The notes under the pieces: model-generated
What the model was told of the DNA's origin: nothing
The model's input: only the letters and a program-made list of their open reading frames with translations
Databases searched by the model: none
Shown: piece by piece, positions 18,592 to 26,957 of the stretch
Layout: every line of letters begins with the position of its first letter
Position numbering within the stretch: the stretch's first letter is position 1
Program-made: the position numbers and the translations under genes
NCBI GenBank assembly: GCA_050741915.1
Contig: JBOGEX010000110.1
Coordinates: 20,311 to 84,310 of the forward strand
From: Acidimicrobiia bacterium
Lineage (GTDB): Bacteria > Actinomycetota > Acidimicrobiia > Spongiisociales > ZC4RG35
Reading direction: 5' to 3'
Length of the DNA: 64,000 nucleotides

Positions 18592-18636
18592 AAAACCCCG
18601 GATCCCTCCAAGGCGATCCGGGGTTTTCGTTGTTTT
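18592..18636. terminator. Bidirectional intrinsic terminator
   Basis: AAAACCCCGGATC-cctccaaggc-GATCCGGGGTTTT followed by cgTTGTTTT. It lies between the convergent genes ending at 18579 (+) and 18645 (-). Confidence 0.8.
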
Positions 18637-18644
18637 AGGAACCC

Positions 18645-20015
18645 TCAGTCGTCAGAGGTGATGGAGACGTGGTTGCACTCGAGGCAAACCCGCCGCGTGA
18701 GACCACCGGACGATCGTGACTCTTGATAGGTGTGAACGTGCTCCTGATCGGCCTTGGGCGGACGTCGGAGTTTGGCGAGGAGACCCACGTTGGTCTCGGC
18801 GGGGTGATGGCCCGATCCTTTTGCTTCTTTGAGCTTTCCCCGGGCTGCATCGATATCGGTGACCTGGGGAGCGGCTTGCTCGTCACCTGGCTGATCCCCC
18901 GTTTCGGTCGTTTCGCCTGAGTCGCGACGGCTCTTGCGCCGCTGGCGGCGTTTGGTGAGCTCGTCGCCGGAATCCTCGTCGAGGCGACCTTCTGGTGGTG
19001 GGGGCTCGGAGGACGCAACCGCCGGAGGCTCTTCGACTCTGATTGGAGTCTCGGTCACTACTGGCTCCTCGACGGAAAGGTCAACCGTCACCCGCCGAGC
19101 CGGTGGAGGAGCGATCCAAGATGGCTCCGGCCAAGATGACTCTGGAGAGTCTGGCTCCGACAATTCGTCGATCGCCGAACTTTCGATAGCCAGTTCCTCG
19201 ACGGCGGGCTTCGCAGGACGCTTGCGTTTGGGAGGTTCTTTGACGGCCGCCTCTGGCGGCACGGCCTCGATCACGGGAATCTCATAGGTTGGCGCCGCGG
19301 CGGCGGGGGCTTTGGTGGTTGGCGATTGCAACGCCGGCGGCTCGACAACTGGCGGCTGGAACACTGGTGCCTCTATCACGGGGGGCTCGGTGACGAGAGG
19401 CTCGACGGGCGGCGGTTTTGGCTGTGTTGGCCGTTTGCGCGCCTTCTTGACTGGTGCCGGTGGCTCCTCGACCTTGGCGGGCTGTCCGGCCGCGGGCACA
19501 AGTTCCAACGCCTCTGCCTCCGCCCAGGTAAAGCGACGCTTCTCTTCCCCACTGGCCGCGGCCTCGGCCAAGGCGATGGCGGCGAGCTTTTTGGCGAGGT
19601 CGGACGTGGGAACCTTCTTCTGCTTCTCCGGTTGGAGGCGGGTCGGTTCGTGGGCGCGACCCGGAACGGGCTCGGGTTCGAGCGGAGCCTCATCCTTCCG
19701 CCGGGCAGCATCGGCGGCGGCGCGACGATGCCGTCGCTTCCGTTTCTTGGCGTCCACCCACCCCTGCTGCATGCGGGTGACGCCCTCATAGGCGAACACG
19801 AGCGCATCATCGGCCAGGAACTCCATCTCGTCGTCGCCCAGGAACAGTGTGAATCGCTCGGCGATCTCGCGCTTTACCTCCACGTCGGCCAGGTACCAGC
19901 GTCCCATCATGTCGGTGCCGCGCAGAATCTCAAGGTGGTAGTCGTCTACCACCAGCGAGACTCTTATACCCGGACCGCGATCACCGGGGGAACGCAGGGA
20001 TCCTTTGAATTGCAA
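18645..20015 (-). CDS. Hypothetical proline-rich protein
   Basis: 456 aa. It has a structured-looking N-terminal ~90 aa, then a Lys/Arg patch, P(V/A)xEPP repeats, and a C-terminal HVH...CLEC cluster. I recognise no family. Confidence 0.6.
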   Translation of the reverse strand: MQFKGSLRSPGDRGPGIRVSLVVDDYHLEILRGTDMMGRWYLADVEVKREIAERFTLFLGDDEMEFLADDALVFAYEGVTRMQQGWVDAKKRKRRHRRAAADAARRKDEAPLEPEPVPGRAHEPTRLQPEKQKKVPTSDLAKKLAAIALAEAAASGEEKRRFTWAEAEALELVPAAGQPAKVEEPPAPVKKARKRPTQPKPPPVEPLVTEPPVIEAPVFQPPVVEPPALQSPTTKAPAAAAPTYEIPVIEAVPPEAAVKEPPKRKRPAKPAVEELAIESSAIDELSEPDSPESSWPEPSWIAPPPARRVTVDLSVEEPVVTETPIRVEEPPAVASSEPPPPEGRLDEDSGDELTKRRQRRKSRRDSGETTETGDQPGDEQAAPQVTDIDAARGKLKEAKGSGHHPAETNVGLLAKLRRPPKADQEHVHTYQESRSSGGLTRRVCLECNHVSITSDD

Positions 20016-20106
20016 ATGAACCTCTAACTCGGCCCGCGAAATCGATTCTTGAGCCGAAACACGATCTCACCCTCGACTAAAGCCGTCAAGGGCAGATTGT
20101 CCCCGC

Positions 20107-22935
20107 CTACGGGGCGTAATCCTCAAGCGGAGGACAGGCGCAGATCAGGTTACGGTCACCGCCAGCCCCGTCAATCCGCGAAACCGGCGGCCAATACTTA
20201 TTGAGGCGCAATCTCTCGGTCGGAAATGCCGCCAGATCCCGCGAGTAAGCCCGGTCCCAACTGTCGGTAGCGACGTCAGCAGCAGGGTGGGGTGCCCACC
20301 GCAGGGGGCTCTCCTCCTCGCACCATTCACCGCCTTCCACCCGGGAGATCTCCTCCCGAATGCCAATCATGGCGTCGCAGAAACGGTCGAGTTCCTCGAG
20401 CGATTCGCTCTCCGTCGGTTCCACCATGAGAGTGCCCGGCACCGGGAAGCTGAGGGTGGGGGCATGAAACCCGTAATCGGCCAGGCGCTTGGCAACGTCC
20501 TCGGCGGTGATCCCCGTCGTCCGGGTCAGCGGGCGTAGGTCGAGGATGCATTCATGCGCTACTCGCCCCAACGCACCTCGATAGAGGATTGGGAAATGGC
20601 TTTGGAGGCGCGTGGCCAGGTAATTGGCGGCGACGATTGCCACCTCTGAGGCTCGCCGCAGCCCGGCCGCGCCCATCATGCGGATGTAGGCGTAGGGAAT
20701 AGGAAGGATCCCGGCCGACCCCCAAGGAGCCGAGGAGATGGCGCCGATCCCTGACTCAGGACCGGCCCCGGGGGTCAGGGGATGATTGGGGAGGAAAGGC
20801 GCGAGATGAGACCGAACCCCGATCGGGCCCACTCCTGGTCCGCCGCCTCCGTGGGGAATCGTGAAGGTCTTGTGCAGATTGAGATGCGAAACGTCGGCAC
20901 CAAACCGTGCGGGCTGAGCGAGTCCGACCATGGCATTGAGATTGGCGCCGTCGACGTACACCTGGCCACCATGGCGATGCACTGTTTCGCATAGACCCCG
21001 GATACCTTCTTCGAAAACTCCGTGCGTCGAGGGATAGGTCACCATCACCGCCGACAACCGATCCGCGTGCGCAGCGCACTTGGCTTCCAGGTCGGCAAGG
21101 TCGACGTTGCCGTCGTCGTCGCAGGCAACAACTATCACGTCCATCCCCGCCATAACCGCCGAGGCGGCGTTGGTGCCGTGGGCCGACGAGGGAATCAGAC
21201 ATAGGTTGCGGTCCGTTTCACCGCGGGAATGGTGATAGGCCCGGATCGCCAGTAGCCCAGCCAACTCGCCCTGCGAACCGGCGTTCGGCTGTAGCGAAAC
21301 GCGGTCGTACCCGGTGATCGCTTCGAGATAGCCGGCCAGGGCGTCTATCAGTTCGCGGTATCCCGAAGTCTGCTCTGGAGGCGCAAACGGATGCATGCGA
21401 GCAAAGCCCTCGAAGCTGAGTGGGGTCATCTCCGTCGCGGCGTTCAACTTCATCGTGCACGACCCCAGGGGAATCATCGTTCGATCCAGAGCCAGGTCTT
21501 TGTCGGCCAGCCGTCGGAGGTAACGCAACATCTCATGCTCGGAGCGGTAGCGCGAAAAAACCTCGTGGGTGAGGAACTCACCTTGACGGGCCAACGTAGG
21601 TGAAACGCCCTCTAGCGTCTCTTCCGTAAGAGCGATCCCCCAGGCATCGGCCAGAAGCTGCAGGTGCTCCTCCGTCGTGGTCTCATCGAAGGAAATGCCA
21701 AAGCGGTCTTCGTCGAGGGGCCGAATATTGATCTGGCGTGAGCGCGCAGCCTCGAGCATTTGCTGCGCCCTACCAGGAGCCGAAACAGTCAGCGTGTCGA
21801 ACCAGGTTTCGTTCTCGATTGCGATCTTGGCCCTCGCAAGAGAGGCTGCCATGCGGCCAGCCAATTGGTTGACCCGGCGAGCGATCGCCACCAACCCCTC
21901 TGGTCCGTGCCAGCAGGCATATAGCGCAGCCATGACCGCCAACAGCACCTGGGCGGTGCAAACGTTGGAAGTTGCCTTCTCGCGACGAATGTGTTGCTCG
22001 CGGGTTTGCAACGCCAGGCGAAACGCGGTGCGGCCGGCACGGTCTTTGGATACCCCCACCAGCCGTCCGGGGAGAGCGCGGACCATCGACTGACGAGTGG
22101 CGATGAAGGCCGCGTGGGGCCCGCCAAAGCCCAGGGGAACCCCGAACCGCTGCGACGACCCAACGGCGATGTCGGCTCCGAACTCCCCGGGAGGAGTGAG
22201 GATCGTGAGAGCGAGAAGGTCGGTCACAACCGCTACCAGGGAATCGGCTGCGTGAGCCGCCTCGATGACTGACCGATGTTCTCTGAGCGCCCCCGACGAT
22301 CCCGGATAGGCGATCAAGGCCCCGAAGGCATCCTCGAACTCGAACTCGGCGGGGTCGGCTATTTGCAGCTCGATTCCGATCGGCTCGGCCCTCGTCGCCA
22401 CAACTGCGATTGTCTGCGGATGACAGTCGCGATCGATCCAGAACACGTTGCGATCTCCCTTGGCCAGCCGCCGGCACATCGTCATCGCTTCCGCGGCAGC
22501 TGTGCCCTCATCGAGCAAGGAGGAGTTGGCGACTTCGAGACCCGTGAGGTCGCTGACCATCGTCTGGAATGTGAGCAGCACCTCGAGTCGCCCCTGGGAG
22601 ATCTCGGGTTGGTAAGGGGTGTAGGCGGTGTACCAAGCCGGGTTTTCCAAGACGTTGCGAAGGATCACCGAGGGGGTGTAGGTGTCGTAGTAACCGAGGC
22701 CGATCATCGGTGTGAAGGTCTGATTCGATTCGGCCAGTCTCCGCATCTCCGCCAGTGCCTCGGGCTCCGTCAGAGACGAGGGAAGATGGAGTTCTTCTGC
22801 AATCCGAATAGGCCCGGGAACGGTCTGGGCGATGAGCTCGTCTATCGACCCAGCACCGATCTCGGCCAGCATCTTGGCTAAGTCAGCGGGTCGCGGTCCC
22901 AGATGACGGCGGGAGAATTCGGTCAGAACTTCCAT
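20107..22935 (-). CDS. gcvP: Glycine dehydrogenase (decarboxylating), single-chain P protein
   Basis: [19 protein letters not shown]...[14 protein letters not shown]...[16 protein letters not shown] contains the PLP-lysine motif. I set the start at the ATG at 22935. The upstream part of the ORF (to 23430) is the riboswitch leader. Confidence 0.95.
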   Translation of the reverse strand: MEVLTEFSRRHLGPRPADLAKMLAEIGAGSIDELIAQTVPGPIRIAEELHLPSSLTEPEALAEMRRLAESNQTFTPMIGLGYYDTYTPSVILRNVLENPAWYTAYTPYQPEISQGRLEVLLTFQTMVSDLTGLEVANSSLLDEGTAAAEAMTMCRRLAKGDRNVFWIDRDCHPQTIAVVATRAEPIGIELQIADPAEFEFEDAFGALIAYPGSSGALREHRSVIEAAHAADSLVAVVTDLLALTILTPPGEFGADIAVGSSQRFGVPLGFGGPHAAFIATRQSMVRALPGRLVGVSKDRAGRTAFRLALQTREQHIRREKATSNVCTAQVLLAVMAALYACWHGPEGLVAIARRVNQLAGRMAASLARAKIAIENETWFDTLTVSAPGRAQQMLEAARSRQINIRPLDEDRFGISFDETTTEEHLQLLADAWGIALTEETLEGVSPTLARQGEFLTHEVFSRYRSEHEMLRYLRRLADKDLALDRTMIPLGSCTMKLNAATEMTPLSFEGFARMHPFAPPEQTSGYRELIDALAGYLEAITGYDRVSLQPNAGSQGELAGLLAIRAYHHSRGETDRNLCLIPSSAHGTNAASAVMAGMDVIVVACDDDGNVDLADLEAKCAAHADRLSAVMVTYPSTHGVFEEGIRGLCETVHRHGGQVYVDGANLNAMVGLAQPARFGADVSHLNLHKTFTIPHGGGGPGVGPIGVRSHLAPFLPNHPLTPGAGPESGIGAISSAPWGSAGILPIPYAYIRMMGAAGLRRASEVAIVAANYLATRLQSHFPILYRGALGRVAHECILDLRPLTRTTGITAEDVAKRLADYGFHAPTLSFPVPGTLMVEPTESESLEELDRFCDAMIGIREEISRVEGGEWCEEESPLRWAPHPAADVATDSWDRAYSRDLAAFPTERLRLNKYWPPVSRIDGAGGDRNLICACPPLEDYAP

Positions 22936-22990
22936 CAGGTCGTCCCTTCGCTCCCCGACTGTCAGCCTTTTGCCTTCAGCCTCGCCTCGC

Positions 22991-23080
22991 CGAACGGTCC
23001 TTAGGCCTGAGAGATTGCGGGGATGCAGTTGCCCCTTCGGCGACCCCCAAATCACTTGATCAGGAAGTCTCTCCCGTTCG
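22991..23080 (-). promoter_or_regulatory. Glycine riboswitch aptamer
   Basis: Minus strand: CGAACGGGAGAGacttcctgatcaagtgatttgggggtCGCCGAAGGGGCAACtgcatccccgcaatCTCTCAGGCctAAGGACCGTTCG. The P1 stem is CGAACGG/CCGTTCG. The GGAGAG, CGCCGAAGGGGCAA and CUCUCAGGC..AAGGAC cores are present. It lies directly upstream of gcvP. Confidence 0.85.
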
Positions 23081-23180
23081 GTTTTGACAGCAAGCAGATA
23101 GTACCAGCGAACGCTTGAGCCCTTCGGAGGTTTCTGACCGAAAGCGGTGGGGAATGGGCGAACCTCAGGGCAGAAACAGA

Positions 23181-23235
23181 GCGGGGCTCCGGTAAGGGGG
23201 AAACCGGAGCCCCGCCTGCTCTTCTTTCGAAGAGC
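23181..23235 (-). other. Two adjacent strong stem-loops in the gcvP leader / ychF 3' region
   Basis: A 12-bp perfect stem (GCGGGGCTCCGG, 23181-23192, pairing with 23204-23215) and a 7-bp stem GCTCTTC/GAAGAGC (23218-23235). On the minus strand the large hairpin is followed by TCTGTTTCTG. Confidence 0.6.
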
Positions 23236-23401
23236 CGACAGGGAATCCATCGGCGCGGGCGCCAGGGGTGTCCCGCCCGACCCTGTCGTGGGGTTGGGGA
23301 ACCGCAGGTGTGGGGCCACCTGACGGTCCCGGTCGATGATATCTAGACACCCCCTCCAGAAGCAATCGTCCCCCGGATTTCTTATCCACAGGTAAAAGTC
23401 C

Positions 23402-23426
23402 AAAAAGCGCGAATGACGCGCGCAAC
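23402..23426 (-). terminator. Intrinsic terminator after ychF
   Basis: Minus strand: GGGTTGCGCGCGTCATTCGCGCTTTTTGG. This is a GC stem plus a T5 tract, beginning ~15 nt after the ychF stop. Confidence 0.65.
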
Positions 23427-23440
23427 CCAATCATTTCGGG

Positions 23441-24517
23441 CTAGATCGAGAAACGGACCACGAGAACATCCCCGGGAGCGACCTGGTAGTCCTTTCCCTC
23501 GGTGCGCACCTTCCCCGAAGCTTTGGCCCTGTCCCAGCCCCCGGCGGCGATGACCTCATCAATCCCGGCCACCTCGGCTCTGATGAACCCGCGCTCCAGA
23601 TCGGAATGGATTTTCCCAGCCACCTCCGATGCCGGAGCGTTCAGCCGCACTGTCCACGCCCGAGCCTCCTTGGGGGCCAAGGTATAGAACGAGACCAGAC
23701 CCAGGCTTTGAAAGGCAGCCCGCACCATCTTGGCCAGCGCACCCTCCCCCAGTCCCAAGCCCTCGAAGAGCTCGGCCCGCTCAACGGCGCTGAGCCTCGA
23801 ACCCTCTTCTTCGATCCGTGCACTCAGAGCGAGCACCACATCGTCCTCCGGGACAACGGCCTGCACCTTGTCGACCAAACCTTCGGCATCAGGCTCGGAC
23901 TCATCGACATTGACGACCCAGATCGCGGGCTTTGCGGTGAGCGGCGCCAGGTCGCGGAAGGACTCACGCGCTGTGTCCGACCATGATCCTGCTCGGAGTT
24001 GCTCTCCCCGTCCGAGGTGGATCGCGGCCTCGCCAATTACTGTCGCCAGCGCCTGAAGGCGCGCATCGGCTGTCGCTTGGTTCGCCGCCCTTTGGGCCTT
24101 CTTGGCAAAGACCTCATGATCTGCGACCGCTAGCTCCAAGAGAAGTTCTTCGGCTTGGCCGACCGGGTTGTTACCGAATCCCTCGTCGGACACGACTGGG
24201 TCTCCGAAAGCGCGCAGAACGACGATCAGTGCCTCCATCTCCCGGAGCTGTCCCAGAAACAGGCCCCCCGCCGAGCCCGGCATCACCGGGGGCAGGTCGA
24301 GCAACTCCAAGGTGGCGTGGGTCAGCTTGGCCGAGCCCTCCAAAATCGCTGCTCGCTCCAATCGCTCGTCGGGGACTCTGGCCACCCCCAGCTTGGGCTC
24401 CAAGGTGCTGTAGGGATGGGCACCGGTGGGCGCCGAGAAGCCGGTGACTGCATTGAAGAGGGTTGTCTTTCCGACATTTGGAAAGCCGACGATTCCAAGC
24501 CTTGGCATGAGGTCCAT
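23441..24517 (-). CDS. ychF: Ribosome-binding ATPase YchF (Obg-like)
   Basis: LGIVGFPNVGKTTLFNAVTG gives the P-loop, and the TGS-like C-terminus is KDYQVAPGDVLVVRFSI. The start is ATG 24517 (or 24508). Confidence 0.9.
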   Translation of the reverse strand: MDLMPRLGIVGFPNVGKTTLFNAVTGFSAPTGAHPYSTLEPKLGVARVPDERLERAAILEGSAKLTHATLELLDLPPVMPGSAGGLFLGQLREMEALIVVLRAFGDPVVSDEGFGNNPVGQAEELLLELAVADHEVFAKKAQRAANQATADARLQALATVIGEAAIHLGRGEQLRAGSWSDTARESFRDLAPLTAKPAIWVVNVDESEPDAEGLVDKVQAVVPEDDVVLALSARIEEEGSRLSAVERAELFEGLGLGEGALAKMVRAAFQSLGLVSFYTLAPKEARAWTVRLNAPASEVAGKIHSDLERGFIRAEVAGIDEVIAAGGWDRAKASGKVRTEGKDYQVAPGDVLVVRFSI

Positions 24518-24533
24518 TGTTACCTTGCCCTCG

Positions 24534-25526
24534 ATGGATCGAATTGCAGTCATCGGCGCTGGATCCTGGGGCACTGCAGTCGCCGCCCTCGCCGCCCGCC
24601 AACATCCGACAAGAATCTGGGCGCGGCGGCCCGAGCTTGCAGCCCTGATCAACTCGCTATCGGAGAACCCCGACTATCTACCCGGCCACCGTCTTCCCTA
24701 CGGGATATCGGCCACGTCGGACTTGGAGGAAGCTGCGGCGGGAGCCGACGTCGTCATGATCGGTGTGCCCTCGCATGGGTTTGGTGAGGTGCTTCGCAAC
24801 CTCTCGCTTCCCAACGACGTTCCGCTCGTTTCGTTAACCAAAGGGATCGAGGTCGACACCCTCCGGCGTATGACCGAGGTGATCACTGCGGTTCGACCCG
24901 ATCACCGAAACGAGGTGATTGGAGTCTTGACCGGCCCCAACCTGGCCTCCGAAGTGATGGCCGGGAATCCGACCGCCTCGGTTATAGCCATGACAGAGAT
25001 CGAGACCGCCGCCAGGGTCCAATCGGTTTTCATGGGTCCCACGTTCCGGGTCTACACCAATGACGACGTGGTGGGATGCGAGCTGGCCGGAAGCCTGAAG
25101 AACGTGATGGCCATCGCAGCCGGGATGTCGAATGGGCTCGGCTTCGGCGACAACACCCGGGCGGCGTTGATTACGCGGGCTCTCGCCGAACTGACCCGTC
25201 TCGGCGTCGCTCTCGGCGGGGCTCCGGCCACGTTCGCTGGGTTGGCCGGGATGGGTGATCTCATCGCCACTTGCACTTCCTCGAAGAGCCGGAACTACCA
25301 GGTCGGGTATGGCCTCGCTCAGGGACGAACGATCTCCGAGATCATCGGGGAGATGAACATGGTGGCCGAGGGAGTGAAGACCACCCGGGCGGTCTTGCAG
25401 TTGGCCGAAAAGGCGGGTGTGGAGATGCCCATCGCTGATCAGGTGGGGCGGGTGCTGTATGAGGGCCACCACCCCCGCGAGGCGGTCCTCACCTTGATGT
25501 CGCGGGGAGCGCGCTCGGAGCGCTAA
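24534..25526 (+). CDS. gpsA: NAD(P)H-dependent glycerol-3-phosphate dehydrogenase
   Basis: MDRIAVIGAGSWGTAVAALAA gives the Rossmann fold, with LKNVMAIAAGM and GDLIATCTS motifs. TACCTT ends 7 nt upstream of the ATG. Confidence 0.9.
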   Translation: MDRIAVIGAGSWGTAVAALAARQHPTRIWARRPELAALINSLSENPDYLPGHRLPYGISATSDLEEAAAGADVVMIGVPSHGFGEVLRNLSLPNDVPLVSLTKGIEVDTLRRMTEVITAVRPDHRNEVIGVLTGPNLASEVMAGNPTASVIAMTEIETAARVQSVFMGPTFRVYTNDDVVGCELAGSLKNVMAIAAGMSNGLGFGDNTRAALITRALAELTRLGVALGGAPATFAGLAGMGDLIATCTSSKSRNYQVGYGLAQGRTISEIIGEMNMVAEGVKTTRAVLQLAEKAGVEMPIADQVGRVLYEGHHPREAVLTLMSRGARSER

Positions 25527-25575
25527 CCGCAGCTCAAGCCAGCCCGGGGCCGCACCAATGTGGAACGGTTCGCAA

Positions 25576-26028
25576 TCAGCCGTAGAAGCGGTAGACCACC
25601 TGGGCAACACAGGCGGGTTTTTCGGTGTCTTCGATCTCGAAGGTGAGATCGAGTGTCACCTGCCGGCCGCCACCAAAATCTTCGACCTCGGCCAGGACCG
25701 CTCCCGCCCGCAGCCTGCAACCGACTGGCACCGGCGTGATGAAACGAACCTTGTTGGCGCCGTAGTTGATCCCCATCAACGATCCCTCCACCTTGAGGAT
25801 CTGTTCAACGAATGGCACTGCCAAGGCAAGCGTCAGATACCCATGAGCGACCGTGGTGCCGAAAGGACCAGTCTTGGCCCTCTCGGGATCGACGTGGATC
25901 CACTGGTGATCGCTCGTGGCATCGGCGAAGAGATTGATTCGCTCCTGGGTGATCTCAAGCCAATCGGAATAGCCGAGATGACTTCCGACTGCCGTATCCA
26001 TTTCGGTGGGAGTAGCAAAGGTGGTCAT
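25576..26028 (-). CDS. MaoC-like (R)-specific enoyl-CoA hydratase
   Basis: ITQERINLFADATSDHQWIHVDPERAKTGPFGTTVAHGYLTL is the hot-dog MaoC signature. The start overlaps the nurA-like stop (TGATG). Confidence 0.85.
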   Translation of the reverse strand: MTTFATPTEMDTAVGSHLGYSDWLEITQERINLFADATSDHQWIHVDPERAKTGPFGTTVAHGYLTLALAVPFVEQILKVEGSLMGINYGANKVRFITPVPVGCRLRAGAVLAEVEDFGGGRQVTLDLTFEIEDTEKPACVAQVVYRFYG

Positions 26029-26957
26029 CAGGGAACGGTAACCATCGCCGCGGCTTGTCGCAGCGAACGATAAAGCAGTTCGGGATCCCCCAGCAACCTG
26101 CGCAAGCGCCTTTCCAACCCTCCCACTGGATAAAGGTTTTGTGGCGCCCGCGGATCCTTGTGGCCCTCGCTGGCATAACGGCAGACTGTGGCGGCCATGA
26201 GATCAGCCTGCCGTCGAGCCGTCGCCACATCTCGGTCGGCGCTCACTTCCGCACGAACGATCCCGTCCATCGGGCCCGCTCCGGTCATCGGTAGGCGCAA
26301 GTACCACGAGAACCGATGCCACTGCCGAGAACCGGAGGCGACGAGGAAGAGCGGCGTCCGGTCACCGGGTCGAAGCTGTGTAAGCACCGATCGCAAATTG
26401 GGCGGCAAATAGTGGACGTGTTGGGTCTTGATGTATCCCACCGCCTCTGAAAGCGTGCGGTGGTGCGAAAGAGGTCCGTCGACGACGAGGAGCGGGACGT
26501 CGGCGAACTGGACCGCCATCTGCCCCTCGAGCACCGCCATCTGGTTTTGCGGGCCGAGCCAGAGTTCCTCCGACGTCACGCCCGAGGTGAGATGAACCTC
26601 GTACGTGGCATGGCGCGTGCTGATCGACTCGGCATTGGTTGCCGATGAGAAGATTCCTCGTCGCACCTCTTCTGCGACGACCGTGGCCCGGTGATTGGTC
26701 AAAACTGCTCCCGCCGCGTAGCTCGCAGCCAGAGCCAGGGTGGGTACGGCGTCGGGGTCCTCTACCCAGAGGTTGGCGTCGATTCGCCTCACTCCGTCCA
26801 CGAATAGAACCTCTGGTGCCGGTTCCGCGTTCACGAGCAGGGGCTTCCATTCGGCAGCCTTGACCTCTACATCCACTTCGACTTTGAGTTGTTCATCGAG
26901 CTCGGCGCTGGAGCTCGATCCATATTCGGGAGCCCACGGCTGAACTGAGAATCTCAT
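26028..26957 (-). CDS. nurA: NurA-like 5'-3' nuclease
   Basis: 309 aa. An N-terminal LFVDGVRRID and a central LLVVDGPLSHH resemble the two NurA DG(S/P)L acidic motifs. It is the last member of the herA-sbcD-sbcC cluster, joined by an ATGA overlap. The assignment rests on motif recall and gene context only. Confidence 0.55.
   Translation of the reverse strand: MRFSVQPWAPEYGSSSSAELDEQLKVEVDVEVKAAEWKPLLVNAEPAPEVLFVDGVRRIDANLWVEDPDAVPTLALAASYAAGAVLTNHRATVVAEEVRRGIFSSATNAESISTRHATYEVHLTSGVTSEELWLGPQNQMAVLEGQMAVQFADVPLLVVDGPLSHHRTLSEAVGYIKTQHVHYLPPNLRSVLTQLRPGDRTPLFLVASGSRQWHRFSWYLRLPMTGAGPMDGIVRAEVSADRDVATARRQADLMAATVCRYASEGHKDPRAPQNLYPVGGLERRLRRLLGDPELLYRSLRQAAAMVTVP

Noticed and set aside
18299-18661. 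Four overlapping ORFs on both strands across the histone-like gene (18299..18586, 18315..18638, 18336..18611, 18365..18661)
   Set aside because: These are open frames created by the Lys/Ala codon repeat. Only the 18385..18579 frame has an SD (GGAGGA), an ATG, and a stop placed just before the terminator.
23081-23170. A second (upstream) complete glycine aptamer
   Set aside because: Only partial matches are present (CCUCCGAAGGGCUCAA). There is no GGAGAG core and no convincing P1 stem. It is reported only as a possible ghost aptamer.
22936-23430. N-terminal extension of the gcvP ORF (1107 aa from 23430)
   Set aside because: The region holds the glycine riboswitch and strong hairpins. GcvP homology starts at [14 protein letters not shown] (ATG 22935).
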